Below are positions 1 to 11,130 of a DNA stretch of 64,000 bases, one piece after another (the first letter of the stretch is position 1; each line of letters opens with the position of its first letter). This stretch comes from Marsupella aquatica (taxonomy: Eukaryota; Plantae; Marchantiophyta), in contig OZ316899.1 in assembly GCA_973895155.1 (NCBI GenBank), forward strand, positions 15,527,974 to 15,591,973, read 5' to 3'. The position numbers were made by a program, and so were the translations under genes. A model generated the notes under the pieces. It ran no database searches, had not been told where the DNA came from, and saw only the letters and a program-made list of their open reading frames with translations.

Positions 1-884
1 AATAAATTAAATACCAAGGGATCAGCATACAAGCCGATCACGAGGGCAGAGCAAATTGAGGCCCTACTAGAAGGCGGAAGAACACGATGGCCTGACCCTC
101 AGGAAGCAGGAATAGATGAGATACACGGGAAGAATCCTGAGCTGAGTCAGGAAGGGGAGCCGACACCGAGCAGAACGGCAAGGGAACAGTCTGTTGATAA
201 CCAGGGAGAAATTAAGTCAACCAACTCGGCTAGTACAGGCGAGATTCCAGTCTATGGAGGTATGAGACTGGAGAGGCCTCGGGGGTCTCACTATATGGAG
301 GACCCCCCCATCACCTGCGACGTTTTCATGCCTAGACCCCCATACTTATTAAGTTGAATTTTTTTTTTCCTCCCTCTTTCTTTCTTCTAAGAGTCTAAAA
401 TCCAAATTGTATTGCCCCTATAATTTGTGAAGTAAAGTGTCACATATCAATAAAAAATGCCTAGAAAGAAAAGATAAGTCTATGTCAGTACCTTGTGAAG
501 TCGTATGTCAGACATGGCACGCCCTGCAACAGCTCTTGCACCTTTGTCGACCTTAAACTTTGATCATTTCAATGCATCATTTATATTGTGTACCTAAAAG
601 GTCATCCCAATATAAACCTTACGTGCATAAGTGGGATGGCCTTTAAGGTCACAACATAAATAATCCATTCCACCCATTGATCACCAATCCCATGCTCCAT
701 CCATACTCCATTTAAAACTTATGTTGAGAGATGTAACATGTGACGGAGGGGAATTGAACCCCTAATTGAGAAATGATCTCAAGTTGCCAATCCGTCACCC
801 CCTATCCTATCCCACTACACCCACTAATATTAACAAAATAAAACATATATACAGACTCTCAAAAACTAAACAGTAGCATGATAT

Positions 885-3800
885 TCATACCATTGTTTGA
901 AGATACTGATCCAAAGCACGTCTATCTATTGGATCCAACACATAGATACGATCCATAACCCCTTCTTTCATGGTTAAACTAACACTAGCAATGACCATTT
1001 CAATATCCATCCATTTCAAATCAGTGGTATCATATCTGAATTCACTTTTGCTCTTACCAATAGGACTATACCAATTTAACAACAGTTCACAAATGTTACC
1101 TGATTGCCCTGCGAGTGGAGTTGGCCTATCCATCAAATCAATTGGTGACCGACAATTGCCCCACCTACTGCCATACTTCTGTCTCATTTGGACAATCCGA
1201 CCCAACCAAAAATATTTCTTACCTGCTGAGATTGCCTCCACCACAACCTTATTCTTTCTTCCCTTTCTTTTTCCAGATCTAGTACTTGGAGCAGGATTAT
1301 CATCAGACTCAAATGCAATTGCACAATCAGTGCCAACATCAACAAAACATGAGTTAGGATTGACTTCTTGCACTTTTCTCTTGCCAGTACTATAGTATAG
1401 CACTTGTTTCACCCTTGTCAACCTATCTTTTGACAAATGCGGATTTCCTACCAACTGGCTTACCAGAGTGGATTTGTAAATCACCTTGCCTTCATAAGTA
1501 ACAGTAGGCACTACCTTGGTACGATTATGCACATTAGTTACAGCATGGACAACTGATCCAAACACATGCCGAACTTCATGACCTAATGTCTCAAGCTCAT
1601 CTGAGGGGTCTACATCAAACTGTATATCATCTCTATGTACATCATCTGAATGCATCTCAGGAACAACAATGGGATCTGGTTCTGTTAACCATGCATCTAT
1701 TCTATTCAGATCATCCTCAGGATCTTCCAATTCATTAAAATCTCCAGTTGGGCGAGGACCTATGTCTGGTGGTTGGTGCTCTACTTGCTCCTCAGAATCA
1801 TTGCAAACAATTGCTTCCTTCAGAACCACCTCTAGTGGCCAGGTCTCACTTTCCACAACCCAAGGACATGTCCACCATCTCTTTCTAGCTGCTGGTAAGG
1901 AACTTCGTGGAGACATCTGCAATTGATGCATAAGATCCTTAGCAGCAACAAAACCTTCTTTAAGGGCTGCAACCACTAATTCATTAGTCTCAATGAGAGA
2001 ATAGTCAAGTAAATTTGGTGCTTCCTCCCCTTCCCCTATAGGATGAATCTTCCCCCATACATGATCTTGTTTCTTATGTGAACGACCTATCTTCAAGCCT
2101 TCTGGTCCATATTCTAGGGCAGCAAGCCGGTTCAGTCCAACAGCACTGTCCAACAGAGAGCCAAAATCATAATTTTGCTCATGGCCACTCATGCCTCCTA
2201 CCTTGCTGAAGAAAATCTCACAACAATCCGAACCTAGCAAGTGGAAGGGAACACCTAGATGTGGGAACTTATCTCGAAAGGCACAAATTAACAGCACAAT
2301 GAAATGACATGACATGTTAACATCATGAAAAGCCTGAATAGACATCATGTCTTTCTCAGTGTGTGCTGCAAATTTCCCACCCACTGAATGGTCACCAAAC
2401 CTCAACCACAATCTCCACAAACGTAGAAAGAATGAAACCTTGGATGCTAACACAATACGGGACCTCAAATCATGAACTGGAGAAAAGAAAATATCTAAGT
2501 AATCTGCACAAATCTCCAAGTACAACTGAGTTCCTAAACTTCGTTCATGTCGTACATCTCTCCTCTCATACATATCTTTCAGACATTGCTGCACTCTTCT
2601 TGCTGCTATTCGTTGTGGACCTGCCCAATTCTGCCGGTCAGTCCTATTCACATCATCCCAAGCCATGCCATGTTCATGAATTGGATAATGATTGTAGACA
2701 TTAGCTACATAAGATAAAGATGCATGTTGATCTCCTAGCACCAGTAAAGAAGACACTCTGTCTAAGGGGTTTATCATCTTTTTCCCATTATGAGGTTGGT
2801 CTTGGTCACCAAAGCCATACAAATCTCCATTTGGTAGAATTGAAACAGAGTATGTCCACCCTTCCCACCCAACTCCGTACCTTGGGTATGATCCATTCTG
2901 CCCTCTATAATCTTCCAGCATCAGCTTTCGGCGACGTGCATCACCATCACTAGCATGTCCAAGCAAAGGGCCTACCATAGCTCTACAATATTCATCCCAA
3001 AAAGCCTTTAACTGGACCCAATGCTCTCGTACCCAAGAAGCTGTGAACTTATTACAAGTTGGAAGTGCACACACAGCCAATTTAGGTAAGGACTCATGCA
3101 GAGGATTCACAATCACAACTCGGGCATACATGCACTTGGGGCATTGTTCAAATGTACTTACAATTTTATCATACCCCTCATCACCTTCACGAACTAGAAT
3201 TTCCAAACCATAGGAGCATACATGTTGCTCTGAAGGTCCACAGAAACCAATGAGAGTATCATACTTTGCCTCCCACCTGAAACACAGACATGCAATTTTT
3301 CAATATCACAGCAATTCCAGCCAAGTGCTACTTGTAAAGTCATTAAAAAAACAATTGGAAAAATGTCCAGTTCCAATTACCTAGGGCGTTCTTTGATCCT
3401 TGTTTCATCCTCAGCAAAGATAATAGGCACATCCCCCTCAATGCCCAATGAGTGCTTTGCAGCAGACAACACTCTAGCAATCTCCTGAAAGGTTTCCTTC
3501 TGTAACCCGGTTCGAAAAGGTGTGAGTTTTGCTCTATCACGTTTTAGGGTCACAAGGCTAGGGGCTGTCAAGTTTCGTGCAAAACAATGAGCAACTTGAC
3601 GGCCCCCAAATTGGAACATAGCCTGAGCAATAGCTCGAGTCCTATTACTGTAACGATTACCTTTTGGCTTCCTGCCTAAATTGCGAGCTACATCCTTCAA
3701 GAAATCCCACAAACCCTCCTTACCACCAAATGCACCATTCCTGTGTCCATTCAAAATACTCCTAAGAAACAATCTCAAATCCTTCCTGTCTGCTGCAACT

Positions 3801-5461
3801 CCTAACAACTCCTCTAGTTTTCGTTTCCTGGTGCTCAAGGCACATACTTTATGAGCCTGCAAAGCTAACAACCAACGCTCTTTTCGTTGCACAGAGTTCA
3901 GGTTGTGCACTTGATCTCTTAACTCTGTGTTGGTCAAATAATCCAAACATATACCACCAGCAATGGTTCGGCTCCCTCTGTGGACTACTGCTTCCGCTTC
4001 CCTGTGCACCCGTCCACTAAAATCATCTTCTAGTGTTATAGAATCACATTCACTACAAGTTAGATTTTCAAATCCTCCTCCATTCTGTGATAACCTCAAG
4101 CAATCCTTGTGTCTAAAACAGCCTGCTATACTCACAACACTCTCTCTACTTGGATGGAAAACATCCAAGCAACAACTTGGCTCACAATGCCATGTAATTC
4201 CCCCAGACTGATCATCTAAAATGCCAGAAATATCATAAGATATACCCTTCCATAATAGTCGAGGCACACCTCTCTCTACCCATAATCCCCAGCAAAGCAA
4301 ACTCAGACCAAGATCAACAGATTCACACACACCTGAACCTGAACCTGAACTGCTGCCTGTCCGGGACCCATCATCTTTAAAGAACTTCAAAATCCTGCTC
4401 TGAGCAGGATGTAGGTCCCTAGAATCAGTCCTCTTTGGCCTGCCCCTCTTCCCAGACCTCAAGGCAAGCTTTTTTGTGTCATGCCTAGTCTCCAATGCAT
4501 CCAAGTGATCTCGACTCACTAAGTGTGTCCTCAAATTGGGCTCCAAGGTAAGCTTCTTGGGGCACAAGTCAGTGTGAAGCATTCCACAGACAGTACAGCG
4601 AACCTTAAACAGGAAAGACCTGTTTACATACTCAGGAGTACTGGGATCAGGAACAATAGAGAATAGTTTGCCATCATCCCCAAGCTCAGCATTCAATCGC
4701 TGAACTATCTCAACACCTACTTTGATGGCGTCTGCATGATCATATTCTGGCTTCTCAGAGATGTCTGCTACCTGAACCAAAGTAGAAGGAATGCCCCTTC
4801 TCCGACAATAGTTATCCTTGTGCTTATTGAAGACCAAGTGTTTGGTCTTAAAATTACTAAAGCAATTGGAGATGGATTTAGGGTTCTGAGAGTTGTCTAC
4901 ATTGCCATAAGTTTCCCTACATTCAAGACACTCCAGATGCCCTCGAACATCTGTCCCCTCATCCCAGGTACGAATTCTCCAATTGTGATCACCATAACCC
5001 TTCTTATGTACCCATTTCTCTAACCTCATCCACTCATCTTTCCATAGCTTTGATGGGACATCTCCCATCAATTGTGACTCAAAAGAAGCCCTTACAGGGG
5101 AGGGTGCTAGTGCTGTTGGCCCCAGTTGTGGTGTCTCAGTATTTGGACCCAATGATGCAGGAGTGCAAGGATGACAGGGTACTGGTGGGATCCTCCCACC
5201 ATCTCCAAGTTCTTGTTGTACAACAATAACTCTTCCATCCAGCTCAGACAGATCAATTAATTTCTCATGTACAAGTTTCACTCGACCAGGAAGTCTCTCA
5301 TCCCAAAAATCAAAGTCAAAGTCTAGAGTAGAGGCAATACGAGCCCTAAAATCATGTAGGGTGTGTCCTTCTTTGAATGACAAAACACAGATTGGTAAAT
5401 CAGCCTTGTCATCCCCAACTTTGCGTATTAATTTAACAGAGTTGGGTTTAGGGGCTGCCAT
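885..5461 (-). CDS. P-element/THAP9-like DDE transposase, two exons (5461-3381, 3276-885), ~1490 aa, apparently intact
   Basis: A GT-AG intron at 3380-3277 joins the 694-aa and 773-aa ORFs in frame, giving IFAEDETRIKERPR|WEAKYDTLIGFCG (cf. P-type FDEMxI...YD..D...GF). Other motifs: DQPHNGKKMINPL (DxxH, cf. DxPHLxKxxRN), DRQN, GSDCCEIFFSKVGG (cf. QDxLExFFSxIR). The N-terminus has two CxxC...H-x5-H zinc-finger-like units and an AT-hook-like KRGRPKR. Confidence 0.8.
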
Positions 5462-5960
5462 TGCAATACAAATCTAGAACATGCATAGCACCATTGCTTT
5501 TGGAGTCGATAACAGAAAGACCTGCACAAATACATTTGAAATACACACAGGGGAAACACATTAGGATCTTCAAGAGATGCAATGACAACATACACATTCT
5601 CATGTCAGTAATGTACATAATGTCAGCATACATTTAACAATAGAAGTGCTAATAGGCCAAAACACTTTATAATGCAATCCATCATACATGCAAATGTATT
5701 CAGTGAAAATCATGATATACCGTTAAAGTTGGATAAAATATCTTTGGAAAAAATATCCTTTTTGCCTGGTTTTCTAACAATTCCCGAGGTTTAGTGCTTT
5801 TGCTCATCAAAATGCAGCACTATTAGTGACCGTAATTATGACAAAATGTCAACACTAATAAAATTGGGTACTACCACCCATGATGCAGCTTAAGTATATG
5901 CCTTGCTCATACCCCACTAAGACGTTGAAACCTAAGTAATAGGTTTGTTCATTATTCAGA

Positions 5961-6710
5961 TCACTGGAGCCATGAAATGTGGTCCCTGATTGGAGTCTTC
6001 AGGTGTGGATCAATAGGATGACGGGGGCAATAAAACATCTGTCGCTGTTGTCCATGTGCTTCATGTTCCCAGATGTCCCTATCATGAGCAAACCCTTTGC
6101 TTTTGATCATCTGGAGACAATCTGTATGCCAGGCATTTGGACATCGTAAACATTGTACCATGTTCTTGACCATCTGACCCTCAAGACTCTGATAACATGT
6201 CACACATGTATGCAGTGGGCAGGACTTTGCAGCAGCTACCAAACACCCAAAGCAATAAAATCGTACACAAAAATGATCAGAGCATTTTTGCACAATTGTA
6301 GGTGACGGTCCCACAGTGCGGCACCCATAACACATGGCCTGGTCCTGGTTACAATTTGGGCAAAACCATGGCTTCCCTCCATGATGGAGGGGAAGGACTA
6401 CACAGGGGCAAGAGTCATTAGGGGCTTCATCTCCAACCACATAATGAAATTGCCTGTGACATGGCCCATCACAAATTACCAACTTCCCACCATGCTCACA
6501 AATTGCACAAACATGAGGGCTGGTTTGTAGAATCTCTTGCTCAGAGAACAAGGGAATACACAATACCTCTTCTAAAGAGGACTGTGTTGCTTTCTTTATG
6601 TTTGAAGTCCTTGTCGGAATGGTTACAACTGAAATCATCACAAAGCACATCACATATGAGAGGGACATGTATGATACTGGGCAATCCATAGAACTTGGAG
6701 AAATCCACAT
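5961..6710 (-). CDS. Tandem PHD-finger protein (EDM2/NSD-like), cargo of the P-like element; 5' end probably spliced
   Basis: CAICEHGGKLVICDGPCHRQFH...WFCPNC, CYGC...C...CVRFYCFGC, CPLHTCVTC...VQCLRCPNAWHTDCL...FYCPRH. This is the pattern of the EDM2/NSD PHD cluster. Confidence 0.8.
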   Translation of the reverse strand: MWISPSSMDCPVSYMSLSYVMCFVMISVVTIPTRTSNIKKATQSSLEEVLCIPLFSEQEILQTSPHVCAICEHGGKLVICDGPCHRQFHYVVGDEAPNDSCPCVVLPLHHGGKPWFCPNCNQDQAMCYGCRTVGPSPTIVQKCSDHFCVRFYCFGCLVAAAKSCPLHTCVTCYQSLEGQMVKNMVQCLRCPNAWHTDCLQMIKSKGFAHDRDIWEHEAHGQQRQMFYCPRHPIDPHLKTPIRDHISWLQ

Positions 6711-6962
6711 TTGAAGTAGTTACAAACCTGCTCCAATGATCTGCAAACCTCCCTCCCAGATGAAGTCAACTACACAGTGCAGCCTGGACACCCACCAACC
6801 AAGACATACATAAATACAATGCCAGCTTGCGAAACTTTGCCACATAATGGGAATGAAAATTATTCTCATATATCATGGATGGTACAATTGCAGCCTTGCA
6901 AACAAAGGCCTAGTCATCCCGGACCTCAAGTCATGAACAACGCATCCATGTACTATCAGGGA

Positions 6963-7361
6963 CTACAATGTCAAGCATCCATGGGCTGTAACCTTAGCTT
7001 GACCTGGAATACTATTTGGGGCTACAATATCAAGCTCAGTTATATGTGGAATACTATCTAGGACTACAATGTCAAGCGTGTCCGGGATGACAATCTTGCG
7101 TAAAAGACACTCATTTTGAGGCCAAATGGTTGGCCTTATACAAGAGCACCTCCAGCGACGTGTGACAACTTTGTCATGCTTTCCCATGTATGTCCTAGTA
7201 ACAAGTCTTCCACGCATTTTCAAGCAAAAGCAATGGAACCATTCAAAATTGCCATCACCAACCCTGCACTTCACACAAGATTCGCACCAGCAGCATTCAT
7301 CTGGATGCTGCAAAAGGAGCTTCTCATAATTCACTTCTAATGTAATGCCCAATTTAGCCAT
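6963..7361 (-). CDS. Possible additional degenerate PHD finger (ING-like EWFH motif), perhaps an upstream exon of the PHD gene
   Basis: CCWCESCVKC...EWFHCFCL...RWRCSC. Confidence 0.4.
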   Translation of the reverse strand: MAKLGITLEVNYEKLLLQHPDECCWCESCVKCRVGDGNFEWFHCFCLKMRGRLVTRTYMGKHDKVVTRRWRCSCIRPTIWPQNECLLRKIVIPDTLDIVVLDSIPHITELDIVAPNSIPGQAKVTAHGCLTL

Positions 7362-7630
7362 GGCACTATTTTTTTTACTCGGTGAATGGCCAGGCGATCA
7401 GACGTGCAATGACAGGCAACTTACAATTCACTAGGTACAGTATGTGCTCTAGCAAACTGCTTCACCGCAAGTGCTGGTGCTCACAGCTGCAAGCACTGAT
7501 TGCTTTTGCAACCTGTGAACAAAATTAAAACCACCAGTTCAATAAGTTTCAAATGCTGCAAGCGCTGAAGACAACCAATTGGCCATGATGCATGTTACGA
7601 CAGCAATAAACAAATAATTGGGCTCAACAG

Positions 7631-7679
7631 ACCTGAATAGCTAACCTGAATAGCTAACCTGAATAGCTAACCTAAATAG
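7631..7679 (+). repeat. 13-bp tandem repeat (ACCTGAATAGCTA), about 3.8 copies
   Basis: Directly visible. Confidence 0.9.
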
Positions 7680-9924
7680 GATCATGGACCTCTCATAGCT
7701 ATGGTGTCCTTCCTACATTACACATTGGTCTAATTTATGCAGTGTTTCACTATGATTGTGTTCCATAGAAGAGCATCCAATCTGGCTGACCATTGGAGGA
7801 AGCTTGGGCTGGGTCATAGCTACAGCAATTACTCCTCTGCAAATGCTGTTTGTTGGTAACACATGTTTACTCATCAGTAGACGAATGAAGCATCTGAGGT
7901 TTTTGAAACTTGTGCTCTGATGAGGGAGTGAGTGACGTGGGAGCCATGATAATCATAGATTCAGTGCAAAAGCAAAATCCATGCTCAAAGGCAAACGTGG
8001 CAAAATCGGGTATATGTTCTTCACTGCCAAAGCTTCTGTTTGTGCAGCAAAATCCATAAAAGGAATGAAGGAACAAGGGGGAACTCCAGACTCAAGAGCC
8101 TCAATTGCTGCATTGTGGAAACGCGTTGCGTGGGAGAAGTCGTTGGCTTGTAGAAGAAGTAAAAGTGTGCTGGTGAAGGATTTTGTGGTCGGGGTGCATC
8201 ATAAGGTTGACACAGAGAAGAGAGAGGTGTGGAGAGGCAAGGAGAGGAGCAGAAAAGTAGGAAAGGCCGTGTAAGGCAGTCGATAAAAAGCGAGTTAGGT
8301 TTGGAGTGTCCTCTCGACAGCAAAGGATTTCGTGTGTGCTGAATTTGTTGCTGGTCCAAATTCCAGGAGCCAGTCAGTAACGGAATAGTGGAATTCTGGG
8401 AATAGCAGATGCTCATCAGTCGTAGCATCTGCGTATGTTTTGTCATCTGGGGAGAATTCAATGAGGTTTGTGGTTTTGGGGAAGGCTGCTGTGAAGAGTT
8501 TGTGTTCGTGTGGAGGGATTGGTGGCAAATTTTGATTGGTGCAGGGCAGAAGTAGCAAGAGATGGGAGAGTGACAGGATGTGGAGATCGGTTGGCCATAA
8601 CCAAGGCAGCGCCAATGACGACGAGGAGCGCAAAGAGGCAAAGGCGGAGGAAGATGAGGAGGTAGAAGAACCAGACCACCAAATAGAGAATTTACTACAT
8701 CAAAGACACTACAGAGATGAGCGCATCAATGGGCTACAACATATTCAAGTGCGGATCCCTTTTTTGCAATCAACTCACGGAAATAGAGGATTTACACTTA
8801 CTTGCCCCACCACAAATCATTCTTGGAAGTGTCTTCCTTGACAACACGTTTGTCCTTTGGAGATCGGCCAGTTTTCGCCCCGGAAAGCGTGGCAAGAGCC
8901 CCTATCGAGGTGATGTACAAACTCTTCTCGTGCTTCAGAGAGAAGAGTACAAAGAGAAACGGCAAAAACTTTAGTCATTATAATTGAATCAGACCATGGG
9001 AACAGACAGAGATAGCTTCCAAACGCTCAACTAAATCCTGAAGCAACAACCATGACGATCGCAACCCGTATGCGGCGAATGGACATAGCTATGCTAGGAC
9101 AGGACACAACGAGAGGGCACCGATCACCGTATCTAGAGAGCTGATTTATTCGTCTCCTACAAATCATAAGTCGCACAGTAGAGTTTCTACGCATCTTAAC
9201 GTAGGAACGAAGGTAAAAGGTAGTTTTTTTACCAGGCATCCTTGGAAATGAAAGCAACTTTTGAACTATCGACATGATGTGACAGAGTACAAGAAAGGCC
9301 TTCAGTGCATGTGAAACAGAAATGCTAGAACTACTCATGAGTTCACATGAAACACAATTCCCCGGTCTAACTACTTTCAAATCTCGATGGGCAAATCTAA
9401 CGCATATGACTTGCGCAAGCAATGTCTATGGAACACATCGGCTACGACCGCTACCAGATAAGGTGTGCCATGCGTGGTACATATGGGCTTCAAACAGTAG
9501 CAAGCAAGCATGATTGAGCGTCAAACAATAGCAAGCAAGCAAGCACGATCGTCAAAGCAGGAAGCGCCCACCTCCCGGTTGAGCAACACAGCAATGCTGC
9601 AGCAGCCCTGGCAATCCTGTTTGAGCAAGCAACAATGCAACACTCTCGCTCCCGTTTCAGCAAGCTAGTAGCTCCCGTTTCAGCAAGGTAGCAACTTCCG
9701 TTTCAACAAGCAGCAACACCACACTCCCGGCACCCACCTCTTGTTTGAGCAGCTGCAATGCAGCACTTGCAACAGCCACACTCCCGCCCGCACTCCTTGT
9801 TTGAGCAACAACACAGCAGTCACATAAACTTTCCTATCATTTCAGCAAGCAGGAACGTAGCACACTCCCTCAACCAAGACAATAGCGCACCTATACACTC
9901 CAACCTTGCAGCGCAACACTCTCG

Positions 9925-10470
9925 CCTGATCCTACATTCCCGGGTTCACTCCAAGCAGCAGCGCAACCGAGAAGTCTCGCTCTCCCCTTTACTCTAAGCA
10001 GCAGCGCAGCTGAGAAGTCTCGCTCTCCCATTCACTCTAAGCAGCAGTGCAACTGAGAAGTCTCGCTCTCCCCTTCACTCTAAGCAGCAGCGCAGCCAAG
10101 AACGACCTTGATCCTTCACTCCCAAGTAGCAGCGCGCAGTCGAGAACTTTGGGTTGATCCTTCACTTCAAGCAGCAACAGCAGCAACGCAGCCGAGAGCG
10201 CAACACTCTCGCTCTCCCCTTCACTCCAAGGCACAGCCAACAACTCTCGCTCGATCCTTCGCTCTAAGCAGCAGTGCAGCCAATAAATGTTGCTTGATCC
10301 TTCACTCCAAGCAGCCGTAGCAGCAGCGCAGGCGAGACCACAACACTCTCGCTCGATCCTTCTTCACTCACAGCCGAGAGCACAACACTCTCGCTCGATC
10401 CTTCTTCACTCGCATCCGAGGTCACAACACTCTCTCTCGATCCTTCTTTGCTCCAAGTAGCAGCACACTC
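9925..10470 (+). repeat. Degenerate ~40-bp tandem repeats (CCTTCACTCYAAGCAGCAGCGCAGCCGAGAAGTCTCGCTC-like) near the right end of the P-like element
   Basis: Roughly a dozen recognisable iterations. Confidence 0.8.
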
Positions 10471-11130
10471 GTTTAGACCCCCGTTTACACCATTTGCTGC
10501 AAGGTACAAACAAAAGAGTCTCTCATCCCAAACAACGGGTGGGGCCAAAGGGATATTGGAGGGAAACGACACGGGAGGAGACTGACAAGGGCGGCCAATT
10601 GAGGGAAACTAGACATGTTAAACGGAACAATTTCAAACTTAATCCCACTCAAACCCTAAACGTGAGTTCCCAAAAAACCAGACCCACTTAAATCATTCTC
10701 AAATTAGAATCCATGTTAAAATAAACATGACTTAGGAAAATATATTGAGAATGTTATGTGTGCCATGTGTACCAATGATATAGTGACACGTGTAATTTAC
10801 ATAGTCCGACACAAAGACCCCCTAACTTCCTTGTATGCCTTCCATCTACATAGTCAAAAATATTAATATCCCTATTATTCTTACAAGTTGTCCAACATAT
10901 AAAATTGACCCTATTGTTCTTACACAAATCTTCTTAAGTCTTCCGAGAAACCCAATTAACGGACCCTATACTTAGTCGCACGTGATATGAGATTTTCGCG
11001 AAGTGAGACCCCCGAGGGAGAGGCTGGAAGCCGAGCTGGACCCAAATTTGAAGAAGCAGATTAATATGATCCAAGCACGACAATACCAAAAGCTCAACTT
11101 AGGAGAAGGAAGGGAACTGAACTTGGGACA

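Larger units (their letters stand above)
278..11016 (-). mobile_element. P-element-like DNA transposon, 10,739 bp
   Basis: Perfect TIR CTCGGGGGTCTCACT at 278-292 and 11002-11016. 8-bp TSD GGAGAGGC at 270-277 and 11017-11024 (equivalently a 16-bp TIR with 6-bp TSD GAGAGG). Excision restores the gypsy pol frame. Confidence 0.93.
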
